From: a virus
DNA: 64,000 bases
Strand: one strand, 5' to 3'
Virus record (IMG/VR): IMGVR_UViG_3300028581_000036
Coordinates: 7,041 to 71,040 of that record
Below are positions 54,264 through 64,000 of the stretch, one piece after another. How positions within the stretch are numbered: position 1 is the stretch's first letter; each line of letters begins with the position of its first letter. Under the pieces are notes generated by a model. That model was not told the origin of the DNA, searched no databases, and was given only the letters and a program-made list of their open reading frames with translations. The position numbers were made by a program, and so were the translations under genes.

Positions 54264-57200
54264 ATGGGCAATACTAAAAATTCTTTATCAACATTAATGT
54301 CTCAGTTTTTAAGATTGAACAGAAACTCTCTTGAGATATTCCAAAGGCTTAACGAAGCAATAACATCAAACAGAGAGTCAGTTACGATACAATTATTTGA
54401 CGATAACGATACTCTTAAAAGCGTACAGGTTCCCAGTTTTGGCCATCTCTTAAAAAGAATTACAGACGCTGAAAACAATATTAAGAATCTTACAGGTGCT
54501 GGTGATACTGACGTTAATGTACGTTTAGCTGATGGTAGTTATAGAAAAATAGTTACTTCTAAACTTAAACTACCTGCTAATAATATTACATCAGTTGCAG
54601 CGCCAATTTCATTTGATATCAAGAGTAATTATTTCTTTGAGTCTTTTATAGACCCCTTGATGTATGTGACAATTGATCTTACAAATCAAATGCCTATTGA
54701 CACAGAGAATGTTATAGTTAGAAGATATCTTCTACAAATTGATAATGAAGACAAGCGTAAATATTTTAATAAAAATATAAAAGGCAGAGCTGATATTGGC
54801 TTTAGTGAATTTGTAAGTAATATGCTTGCACAGAACATTCAATTTATATTGGATGAGGAAATATTAGATGTTCCACCGCGTTCTGTTAAATACACAGGTA
54901 AATTTGATGTTATCAAAATATCAGATGTAACGACTCAGTCTTTAGTAAATGGTGTTACAGCTGATGTCAGAAGAAAAACTTACAGATTAAATAAATTAAC
55001 ATATTCTGATACTTCTACAGGTTATAATGACACAGTAGGATTAAAGATAGGTGATCAGCTGGCCGTTAATACTGGAACCAAGGGTACACGATATGTAATT
55101 ACAGATATTGATTCAAGTACAAATAGCGTAGTTCTAGAAGTTATTGAAGGATACGATGCTATTGCAATAGGTGCAGGAGTTCTTTCAATCTATAAGGGTC
55201 TTGAAAGCTCGATATCAATTGAAATACCAATTGGTTTTGATGAATATCTTGTAACTTTTGTAAAATCAATTGATCCAGCTTCTAAAATACCTTCAGAACT
55301 TTGGTCACCCGGTGTATCATTTTATACAAATGAATTAAACATTGTACTTTCTGATGGTTTATCACAATCTTTAGATGTTTTCTATAGAAATCAGGCAGTT
55401 GACTTTGGTCAAATGCTTCTCTCTTTTAGTAAAGACAAAATGATACCGTCTGCGTTTGGTATAAAGCCTATTGCGCCTGTTATTTCTAGTTCAGATTTTA
55501 AAGTAGTTCAAGTCAATAATCATATTACTGATAATCCAGTAATCGATGATATTAAAAGACTTGCTGACGATAGAAATAGATTAGCTTCAGAAATTAAAGA
55601 AAAGGACTCGTCTATTGCTATTAAAAGAACTACAATTAATACAAAACAATATAGCAGTGATGTAGAAAGAAATAAAGACTTAAATGAATTACAATCACTA
55701 ATAGATCAGCGATCTTCTACTGCTAAGCTTTTTGCATCGACAGTACAGGATATACAAGCAAAGTCTACATCTAAAGACTTATCTAATGCACAACCTAAAT
55801 ATAGAGTAAGAGGGTTCTGGCAAATACCTAATCCTCAATATTCAAAATATACAGGTAATCAGGAAATAGTTCAATTTATAGTAGAGTATAGATATTTAAG
55901 TACGTCTGGTAATGCTAATAATATCGATCAACTACAATTTACTGATAAAGACGGAGTTCAGAGAAGTGGCGCATTTACTAATTGGATTCCACAACCAGGC
56001 GCTGCTAGAAAAAGGGTAATGGATGAAACTACAGGTCAATATTCATGGGCTGTAGAAAATGTACAGGACGCTGATGTTATAAATATCAATCAACTTGATA
56101 TTTCAATACAGCAAAACGAATCTGTACAGATTAGAATTAAATCGGTATCTGAAGCAGGTTATCCTGCAAATCCAATGGAGTCTGATTATAGCGAAACTAT
56201 TATCATAGATTTTCCACAAGATTTAATACAGCCTGATACTACTTCAAGTATTATTAGCCAAAATGAAAAAGCACTTGCTACTGTTCAGATTAATCAAGAT
56301 CTTCAGGAAAAAGGAATTGATACTCATATATCATCTTCATTTAATGCTAATGGTAAATATTTTGCACATTCAAGTATAGATATTGCTTCTGGTTTTTTAT
56401 CACCTGAACAATCTCCTATAAACTTATTTGATACACTTAATACTTTACAGAATAGAATTTCTCAATTAGAGCAATACATACAAAGATCTAGAGGTGAACT
56501 TTCAGTTTCAATTCTGGATAATAATGGAATATCAACTTCTATACAGAAAGATACTTTAACAACTTTATTTGCTGGATATTATTCACAAGATGTTGCTAAT
56601 TTTAATGTTAGAAAAGGTGCAATAGTTTCCAAGAATTACTTTGTAAGACTTACAAATGTAAAAGCTACTGCACTAGAATTAATTTCTAGAATATCCGGTA
56701 ATAGATTAAAAAGAGCCTATGCATCAGGAGGTAAATTTGGATTTAATACTACAACTGACGTTGACTCATTTGTTTCAAGTGATAATTATTACACTAGCAG
56801 AGGTCAATATGATTTTGTGCCTTTGGTATTTTCAAAACCTGTTATATCAACTACTCTTTCTTCTGTGACATCTGTTACTGATCAAATCAATAACCCTACG
56901 ACCGAAAGGCAGAGTAGCCAAAGCAGAGGTCAGTACATATATTGTAGATATAGAGACATAGGTAATACTGAAGATTTTTATGTAGATTATGATATAGATA
57001 CTCCTAGCAATATTATTAATGGAACATCTGATGCTGAATATACATTAACAGAAGTACAATATATTTCAGGTAGTATAAATACTGATTTTATCTGGTCAGG
57101 TACTTATTCAGCAGGTACATCAGGAACACCTATTCCAACAAATATTAATAGCGCTAGTGGTGATTATATAAATGGAGTTAAGTTGTTAGTTCATATAGAT

Positions 57201-57824
57201 CATCCAAGTGTTAAGTCTAATATCCCATTAGCAACTGCACGGGAGCAATTGAGAATGGCTAAAACATCAACACTGACATCTTCTGATACAGACGGTAAAA
57301 AACAAACAGGTTTTTATTTTGATAGCACTTATGGAAATACGATTAAGACTTCTTTTGTGCCTAGCGATCAATATTTATTAGGTAAAGCTAGTTGCGGTTC
57401 ATATATGTTTTTATTACCTAAAGATGAAAATAACTTAACAGTCAGTGGAGATGATGCTCTTTCAATTAAGTCTATTATAGTTGGTGAAAATAATGCTATA
57501 TCTATTCCACTTGTATTTCAATATAGAATGACAGATTATTATGGTATTGGTGCAAAAGGCATAGGTGCAATTGCAGGAGATTATACGGGTGTAACAACTG
57601 ATGTAGTTTTTTCGAAAAGAATGGGATTCGATCTTTTTGATATAGATGAAAATAGATTTTCATTTGACATTGAAATATTCGCTAAATACGCTGTTGATAA
57701 ATTAAGCATTGATAACATACCTTCAATCTCTATTTCAAGCGCAGTAAAAGACTTAACTCAAAATATACCAGGAACTCAGCCTAATATAAATATATCTAGC
57801 AACAATCCTTTAACCAGTAAATAA
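54264..57824 (+). CDS. large virion structural protein
   Basis: 1186 aa, coupled operon. Confidence 0.65.
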   Translation: MGNTKNSLSTLMSQFLRLNRNSLEIFQRLNEAITSNRESVTIQLFDDNDTLKSVQVPSFGHLLKRITDAENNIKNLTGAGDTDVNVRLADGSYRKIVTSKLKLPANNITSVAAPISFDIKSNYFFESFIDPLMYVTIDLTNQMPIDTENVIVRRYLLQIDNEDKRKYFNKNIKGRADIGFSEFVSNMLAQNIQFILDEEILDVPPRSVKYTGKFDVIKISDVTTQSLVNGVTADVRRKTYRLNKLTYSDTSTGYNDTVGLKIGDQLAVNTGTKGTRYVITDIDSSTNSVVLEVIEGYDAIAIGAGVLSIYKGLESSISIEIPIGFDEYLVTFVKSIDPASKIPSELWSPGVSFYTNELNIVLSDGLSQSLDVFYRNQAVDFGQMLLSFSKDKMIPSAFGIKPIAPVISSSDFKVVQVNNHITDNPVIDDIKRLADDRNRLASEIKEKDSSIAIKRTTINTKQYSSDVERNKDLNELQSLIDQRSSTAKLFASTVQDIQAKSTSKDLSNAQPKYRVRGFWQIPNPQYSKYTGNQEIVQFIVEYRYLSTSGNANNIDQLQFTDKDGVQRSGAFTNWIPQPGAARKRVMDETTGQYSWAVENVQDADVININQLDISIQQNESVQIRIKSVSEAGYPANPMESDYSETIIIDFPQDLIQPDTTSSIISQNEKALATVQINQDLQEKGIDTHISSSFNANGKYFAHSSIDIASGFLSPEQSPINLFDTLNTLQNRISQLEQYIQRSRGELSVSILDNNGISTSIQKDTLTTLFAGYYSQDVANFNVRKGAIVSKNYFVRLTNVKATALELISRISGNRLKRAYASGGKFGFNTTTDVDSFVSSDNYYTSRGQYDFVPLVFSKPVISTTLSSVTSVTDQINNPTTERQSSQSRGQYIYCRYRDIGNTEDFYVDYDIDTPSNIINGTSDAEYTLTEVQYISGSINTDFIWSGTYSAGTSGTPIPTNINSASGDYINGVKLLVHIDHPSVKSNIPLATAREQLRMAKTSTLTSSDTDGKKQTGFYFDSTYGNTIKTSFVPSDQYLLGKASCGSYMFLLPKDENNLTVSGDDALSIKSIIVGENNAISIPLVFQYRMTDYYGIGAKGIGAIAGDYTGVTTDVVFSKRMGFDLFDIDENRFSFDIEIFAKYAVDKLSIDNIPSISISSAVKDLTQNIPGTQPNINISSNNPLTSK

Positions 57825-57839
57825 AAGTTCAAGTATAAA

Positions 57840-60800
57840 ATGGGTGTTAAAATCTTAGAAAACTCTTCCTTTGGTATACTTAGAACTAATCCTAAAATAA
57901 CTGGAAATGTGAAAGTTGTTGTAGATAGTTCTGATAATATCTTTATCGAAAGCATAGATGCTAATGATGAATTAGCAAAGTCTAAATACAAAGCTTATAA
58001 AACGTCTTCTGCGTCAGGTTATCAATATGACCTGGCTAAGGTTTTCGGTAATACACCATCAGATATTTTTTATGATGTCAAAAAAACAGGTTCTGATTAT
58101 ACTGTATTAGATAATTATGGCTCACAATATGATTTCGACTATTGCTATGGCGCATACTCTGTCAACTCAAAGTCGTATAAAGAAGAATTTGGCATATTCG
58201 CACCACTTTGGCTTGAGAATAATTTACCGGACTATTTTATTATTTTTAAAATAGATGGACCTGTTACCGTAAATAATAAAAATGCTACATCTGAAAATGA
58301 AAATTCTTCAACTGTAGAAAATCCTTTAAATTTTAAAGAACTTTTTTTATCTAACGCAAAGATAATTAAAACATTTAACCTAAAGGACTCGACTAATACT
58401 GGTAGATATATTAGAAATTATAAAACTTCAAATAATTTCCCGACATCAGCTATAAATTTTAGCACAAGACAAGATCAGGCTACATATTGGAATGGTATCT
58501 GTCTAGATAAGCCAGGCGGTTTTACAAACATGGCTGAAAATATTTATAATACATTATTCACAGTTGATAGAACAATTCTAGAAAATGACTTTTTTATAAC
58601 AACAGGGTTTGAAAGAAATAGATTAACATGTGCAAATGTCATGAATTTTGAATTTCTATTTGATGATGCTGAAGCTAACCCACTTGAAATTAATAGATAT
58701 TTTGGATTTTTTGTAAATGCTGAACAGGAAGGTACATTTAGACTGGATTCAAACAAAGCATATATCCGTTCAAGAGGTGATAATCAAACAGTACCATTAA
58801 GTTCACAAACATTTTCATCTAAAAATGAAAAATCATATACTGTTACAAATAGTGATGGTGTAAAATTGTATGTAGATACTAACTTTACAACATCAGTGTA
58901 TAATATACCTACTGGCTCAGGATTAACACATAATAGTTTTTTACCTTCATTTAATGATATAAATTCTCTAGACAGCGTATTTTTTGTTCAAGATAGATTT
59001 GGTAATTTTCATAATCTAAATTATAAAAATAGATGGCTTTCAGATGAGGTGCGATTAGTTGATACTAGTATAGATATTAGTAATTTTAGCGGTACTGAAG
59101 AGACTATTTTAACAACAAGGGCTCTATTCGCAGATAAACCTAGTAAAGCTTCTACTTTTATTACAATTAACGATCAGCTTACCCCAGGTGATAATTACAT
59201 TATAGCTTTACCTAAAAAACAAACGTATATAGTTGAAGTAATAGAGGCAAACGCCGGCGATCAAATAACAATTGAATCAGGTGTTTACAATTTTACTTTT
59301 GCATTAATTGATTCAAATCATCTTATTGCACTAAGTGATATTAAGTATAACTGGGATCTACAAAGCGATGAAATATTTTCAAAATATAATCTTTCTATTA
59401 GAAATAATAAATTGATTATAACTGAAACTATTTTTACCAGCGTAGATGACAATTTTACTATAACATCTCTTAGTACAACTTCAGACTTTAGTATAACAAA
59501 ACAAGTATCTGCTGATCTAACTTTAAATACAATATATGCGCAGCCAAGTATAGCAACGACAGTAGGTGAAGCAAAAGAGCTTTTCTTTAATCCTAATGGA
59601 ACACCTGCAGAAATTGCTAAATCTATGGCTGCTGCAATTAATAATATTAAAGAGAGTTTATTTGAAGCAGTTGCAGTAGATAATAAAGTTGTAATAATTG
59701 CTAAAATTGCCGGTCCTAGATTTAACGATCTAGTAATTGGGCGTGACATATATTTAACGTCATCTGATGCAACATTAATAACCGACATTCCAGCTTTCAC
59801 TACAAGTACACATAAATTTTATAAATTTCTAGGCGGTACCTCAAATATTAATAGTAAAGCAATTGTTGATATTGATTTGTTCCAAACTTTTTCTGTACCT
59901 AATAGATATCTAAGAACAACTTCAAATAAAAATGGAGAAAGCCTTATAAAAATACAAAGTGTTTTTTATTTTACTGATAGAGAAATTAGGAATGCTAGCG
60001 GTGTATTAACAGGATTTTTAGATTTTGATAAGTATTGTGTTGTTTCAATTAACGATGCCTATGAAATATACAGGGATTCTTCATACTCTATTCATTTATA
60101 TGAATTATATGATATACCATTTGGTAGATTTTCTTTTTTCCCTATAAAAGACCAGGACTTTAATTATCTCAGTACAGAATACGGCGACTTTAAGGAACTG
60201 TCTGTTGAAAAGGAATACTATTCTAATTTTTTAAATAGTGGATTTGCAAATCAAAATCAAGACATATTAGACTTTTATACAAATAGCGGTTTTACTAAAC
60301 TATTAGGTGTACTAGAGTCGCAGTCAGAAATATTTAAAAAAGATGTTTCTTTAACTCCAATAAGTATTGATTCTGAATATGATCGCCTAAGAGAAAATAC
60401 ACAAATTAACCTGTCTGTACCTTCAAGAACTGTACCTTATATTAATAAATGGGTTTATAGAAACGGTTTAAATGTAAGAGAGACTGATTATAGACTTACA
60501 ACTTCGACAGCATTTGGTTTGACTAATTTCTCGCCTGCTGCTGATGAAATTTATAAAAATCCTATTTATTTTACACATGAATGGTATTACTTACAGGGCT
60601 TACCAAAATATTATGGATTATATGATCCTAGCGAATTAAATAAAACGTTTAGTTATTTTCCAGAAAAAATAGTAACCACATCAAACGGTTTACGTTCAAT
60701 TGATACTGATTATTTCACAGAGTATTTCACTGTAAATTATCAAAAATATCCTTTAATAGACCTGTCTGAAGTGACAGGAGGTGTTCAGCAGCCTTTTACA

Positions 60801-62834
60801 TTAACAGATGAGAAATTATATGAAATTAAAAAGCAATTTAGATATTCTTTATTTGAAGGTGCAAGCTCAAGTAATTTTGCTTCTACGCTTTTCAGAGGCG
60901 TTAAAGTAATTATAAAAGAACGTGTAGAAAATTCAATAGAAATTAATTATAATTTACCTGAAATTAAATTTAAAAATGATACCAGATATAATAGTTATAA
61001 ATTTTCTTGTGTTTTAATTCCACATAACGGTGAATATGACGGTATAAAAAGGAAAACTATAGAATACGAGTTTTTAGAAAATAGAAAACATAAATGCGTT
61101 ACATTATTAATTTTTATAAAATTAGATGATGTTTTATCTGAAGTCACTTATGACAGGGATATACTTGGACCTATTGAAATTAAACCTGATTATATAGATA
61201 GGACGCTTCTTTATGCACTTAATAGTAAAATGGAAACGCTTGAAAGCAATTCCGCTTATGCTGATATTATCCTATCAGGTGTAATTGATGCTAGAAATGG
61301 CCAGAGTACACCTACAAATTTAAAAGGTGTTGCAAATATTACAGGTCAGATAACTTTATTTACTGAAGAAATTTTAATAAATATCGAAGGTTACTATAAT
61401 CAAATAAAAATCGAGCCTGCTGGCAATGCTGATATAGAAACGTATAACCTGAAAAGCGTTAAAGATAATTCAAATTTAGAAATACAAGGTGGTAATTTAT
61501 ATGGAGGTACTACATCTAATTCCCAAATATTAAATGGTACATACACATACTTAAATGGTGGTTATAAATTTTGGACAGCGAGATTGAATAAAATTTCATT
61601 TGCATTTATACAAAATTTAATAAACAACGGCTACCCTGATATTACATATAATACTGTAATGGAAGACGGCAGTATAAAAACAAATATGTTTACAGTTGAA
61701 TTACAGACTGCGTCTTACGCTATGTCATCTGATTATTTATATCCACTGCGTATTGAAAATAAATCCAATGTAATAAACGACCTTACAGCTCTTATTGGTG
61801 ATACTTTAACTATAAATCCAAATACTACTGTTACTCCTCTATATAGACATAGTGGTTATTATCAGCCTAAATTTATAGATATTGTTAATTTTAAAGACCC
61901 GTATGTAGTTAAGAGTGAACCTAGTATAAGAGAGTCTCTTATTAAAAATAACATGGCTGATAAAAATACTGTATTTATGATAACGCTTGGATATGAAGAT
62001 CAGCCAAATGTAGTAACAGATTTTGGTAAGATAAAAAATCTATACTTCCATAAATCTAATGATATAAACCCATCTGGTATTATTCAACTTTCATTACAGT
62101 CATCTGAATTACCAGTCTATCCTATAACCGGAGAAATAGCAATTGACAAGCGAGATTTTTATATTTTTAAAACAAACTGGGATGCAAGTTACTTTAAAAG
62201 ATCTATTGATAAAAATAATATACAACAGTTATCAGGTACAAGAAGTATACTTGAAAAAAGATCTTTCTTTGGTTCTAAATCTATGAAGATATTAGACACT
62301 ATAAATATTGAAACTTTCAATTCTCTAAAAGTTGATAACAGGGATGAATTAGATTCAATATCTACAGCTATATTTAATCCAGATAATAATTTGGAAATAG
62401 TTTATTTTGAAGATGCTAATTTAATTATTATTGATGTGTATTTAGAAAAAAGATTAATAAGATACTTATCTGAACAGGGTATTTATGAATATTTTTCACA
62501 ATATATTAATCCTACTTACGGCTTCGGCACACAGGATAGTATAAATGATGATGTTAATGGTTATATAAAAACAAATATTTTACCTAGATATTTATTAACT
62601 GATATTAATATGTATGTCCTTAAGTCTGGAAGAGTTGACTTAAATGAAACTTATCCGGTTATAGATTCTGTACTTACTGACATAGAAAAGATCTCCGCTG
62701 GTTTCAGAACAGATAAAAATGTACAGGTTTTACAATTAGGTAATTTAAGTAACTTTAATCAAAGACTGATATATAATAAGACAGCCGGATTTAAGTATTC
62801 GTTTGCTCCTAGCTTTACATTAAATAAGAAATAA
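57840..62834 (+). CDS. very large virion structural protein
   Basis: 1664 aa; LRTNPKITGNVK start. Confidence 0.65.
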   Translation: MGVKILENSSFGILRTNPKITGNVKVVVDSSDNIFIESIDANDELAKSKYKAYKTSSASGYQYDLAKVFGNTPSDIFYDVKKTGSDYTVLDNYGSQYDFDYCYGAYSVNSKSYKEEFGIFAPLWLENNLPDYFIIFKIDGPVTVNNKNATSENENSSTVENPLNFKELFLSNAKIIKTFNLKDSTNTGRYIRNYKTSNNFPTSAINFSTRQDQATYWNGICLDKPGGFTNMAENIYNTLFTVDRTILENDFFITTGFERNRLTCANVMNFEFLFDDAEANPLEINRYFGFFVNAEQEGTFRLDSNKAYIRSRGDNQTVPLSSQTFSSKNEKSYTVTNSDGVKLYVDTNFTTSVYNIPTGSGLTHNSFLPSFNDINSLDSVFFVQDRFGNFHNLNYKNRWLSDEVRLVDTSIDISNFSGTEETILTTRALFADKPSKASTFITINDQLTPGDNYIIALPKKQTYIVEVIEANAGDQITIESGVYNFTFALIDSNHLIALSDIKYNWDLQSDEIFSKYNLSIRNNKLIITETIFTSVDDNFTITSLSTTSDFSITKQVSADLTLNTIYAQPSIATTVGEAKELFFNPNGTPAEIAKSMAAAINNIKESLFEAVAVDNKVVIIAKIAGPRFNDLVIGRDIYLTSSDATLITDIPAFTTSTHKFYKFLGGTSNINSKAIVDIDLFQTFSVPNRYLRTTSNKNGESLIKIQSVFYFTDREIRNASGVLTGFLDFDKYCVVSINDAYEIYRDSSYSIHLYELYDIPFGRFSFFPIKDQDFNYLSTEYGDFKELSVEKEYYSNFLNSGFANQNQDILDFYTNSGFTKLLGVLESQSEIFKKDVSLTPISIDSEYDRLRENTQINLSVPSRTVPYINKWVYRNGLNVRETDYRLTTSTAFGLTNFSPAADEIYKNPIYFTHEWYYLQGLPKYYGLYDPSELNKTFSYFPEKIVTTSNGLRSIDTDYFTEYFTVNYQKYPLIDLSEVTGGVQQPFTLTDEKLYEIKKQFRYSLFEGASSSNFASTLFRGVKVIIKERVENSIEINYNLPEIKFKNDTRYNSYKFSCVLIPHNGEYDGIKRKTIEYEFLENRKHKCVTLLIFIKLDDVLSEVTYDRDILGPIEIKPDYIDRTLLYALNSKMETLESNSAYADIILSGVIDARNGQSTPTNLKGVANITGQITLFTEEILINIEGYYNQIKIEPAGNADIETYNLKSVKDNSNLEIQGGNLYGGTTSNSQILNGTYTYLNGGYKFWTARLNKISFAFIQNLINNGYPDITYNTVMEDGSIKTNMFTVELQTASYAMSSDYLYPLRIENKSNVINDLTALIGDTLTINPNTTVTPLYRHSGYYQPKFIDIVNFKDPYVVKSEPSIRESLIKNNMADKNTVFMITLGYEDQPNVVTDFGKIKNLYFHKSNDINPSGIIQLSLQSSELPVYPITGEIAIDKRDFYIFKTNWDASYFKRSIDKNNIQQLSGTRSILEKRSFFGSKSMKILDTINIETFNSLKVDNRDELDSISTAIFNPDNNLEIVYFEDANLIIIDVYLEKRLIRYLSEQGIYEYFSQYINPTYGFGTQDSINDDVNGYIKTNILPRYLLTDINMYVLKSGRVDLNETYPVIDSVLTDIEKISAGFRTDKNVQVLQLGNLSNFNQRLIYNKTAGFKYSFAPSFTLNKK

Positions 62835-62836
62835 AA

Positions 62837-64000
62837 ATGGCAAATATTACTATTAAGGAATTAATCGCATCTGATACAGTATCTGATATCGTTGATAAAA
62901 TAAATTTCAATTTTGATCAGTTACTATTAAACGGTGGAGGACCTGTAGGTTTGACAGGAGGAGCAGGACCGATTGGACCGCAAGGACCTAGAGGTACAAC
63001 ATGGTTTACAACCAGAGATCTTTATAATACTTCTTTAACTACAGAAGGTTCTACTGGTTATACATTTCCAACCTGGTCAGGAACTCCTGTATTGGTAAAT
63101 AATCCAACACAATTTAATGGCGATCCTAATAAATATTTACCTATTGCAACACCTTCATCACCTAATACATATCCATTTTACTCATTTACATTTGGTACAA
63201 CTGGAAGTGAGCCTAGGTCAGGCGATTTATTTTTACAAGAATCTGATGACACATTTAACGGCGTTAATTCAACTGATGGTGATGTATGGCAATATAACGC
63301 AGTAGCAAATACCTGGAGTTTTACTGGTGTGAATATAAAAGGAGAAACCGGTTCAACAGGTTCAAGCGCTGCTACAGAATGGCAGAGAACAACTGACAAT
63401 AATCTTGTTGATGAAATCCATCCTAAACTAGAAACAGGTCATGACGACGTGGTTAGAGTTTTAATAGGAACAGACGATTCTACAATAATAACAGATAATC
63501 CAAATGAATATACGTCTAATATAGTAACTATATACCAAGATACAGGCGGCTATAATTTAGCTTTTATTGATGATAATTCAACAAGTGGTATAAGCACAAC
63601 AGACGACTATGCTGGCATAAAGACCGGTAATAACGTCATAGCAATTGAAGGTTTTAGTGGCACTTCTGGTGAAAATACATTCGATGTGGAATTAACGGCC
63701 AGGTCTGGTTCTATTATTTTAAAATCAAGTGATGATTCACTTACAGATATTACATTAGAATTAGACAGAAATGGTCCACCGGGATCCGATCCGTACTACC
63801 CTAAATTTTTATTCAAAGCTGCAACAATTAACGTAACAAGTGAATTAAATGATTTTAATAACAACGGGCCCGTGCACTGGTTAACTGATGGTTATAATAC
63901 TTTAACCATTATGCATAATACAGATACTATATCTGGTTCTACAGATTATCCTTACAATGGAGGAGTACAAACTTATACACAATGGACAGGGAATTACACG
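62837..64000 (+). CDS. tail fibre-like protein with short collagen-like repeat, 3'-truncated by window edge
   Basis: MANITIKELIASD...KINFNFDQL...GPVGLTGGAGPIGPQGPRG; missing from ORF track, consistent with no stop before the window end. Confidence 0.75.
   Translation, partial: MANITIKELIASDTVSDIVDKINFNFDQLLLNGGGPVGLTGGAGPIGPQGPRGTTWFTTRDLYNTSLTTEGSTGYTFPTWSGTPVLVNNPTQFNGDPNKYLPIATPSSPNTYPFYSFTFGTTGSEPRSGDLFLQESDDTFNGVNSTDGDVWQYNAVANTWSFTGVNIKGETGSTGSSAATEWQRTTDNNLVDEIHPKLETGHDDVVRVLIGTDDSTIITDNPNEYTSNIVTIYQDTGGYNLAFIDDNSTSGISTTDDYAGIKTGNNVIAIEGFSGTSGENTFDVELTARSGSIILKSSDDSLTDITLELDRNGPPGSDPYYPKFLFKAATINVTSELNDFNNNGPVHWLTDGYNTLTIMHNTDTISGSTDYPYNGGVQTYTQWTGNYT

Noticed and set aside
1134-63399. 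Minus-strand ORFs in the track (e.g. 1134..1733, 24555..24881, 59318..59800)
   Set aside because: Nearly all are antisense shadows of well-supported + strand genes (or of the structured RNA/att regions) and show no recognisable motifs.
1-64000. Stop-codon reassignment (TAG or TGA) suggested by the TGA in rnhB
   Set aside because: Long genes are uninterrupted in the standard code, TGA ends genes in ATGA overlaps (15321, 17386, 20295, 33545), TAG ends others, and the rnhB TGA comes with two extra codons in a conserved motif.

Overview
AT-rich, densely coding segment with essentially all real genes on the + strand and standard genetic code. It reads as part of a large (jumbo-type) myovirus genome. 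Promoters with the TAnnTTTG/A -7 element suggest a Bacteroidota host (inference). Layout: (1) a GC-rich, repeat-laden non-coding island at about 300-870; (2) small proteins sharing an N-terminal MKYIKTFESFLNE-type leader that resembles the T4 capsid-targeting sequence; (3) an RNA-rich unit at 4.1-6.25 kb with two aberrant tRNA-like RNAs around a coiled-coil gene and a ~245-nt structured RNA carrying phased hexamer repeats; (4) a 3.3-kb integron-like gene-cassette array at 8.16-11.47 kb with six attC-like hairpins, no integrase in the window, and apparently inverted polarity (each hairpin seems to belong to the downstream gene and can encode its N-terminus); (5) RNA-repair-type enzymes, a putative lysin, Hsp20, DnaJ, PhoH, UvrD, a disrupted RNase HII, DNA ligase, Nei glycosylase and dCMP deaminase; (6) from about 29.8 kb a T4-like tail/baseplate/neck module interleaved with an S1-domain protein, an amidoligase and a RimK-protease fusion. 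Three promoter classes are visible. All product calls come from motif recognition by eye, not database searches.
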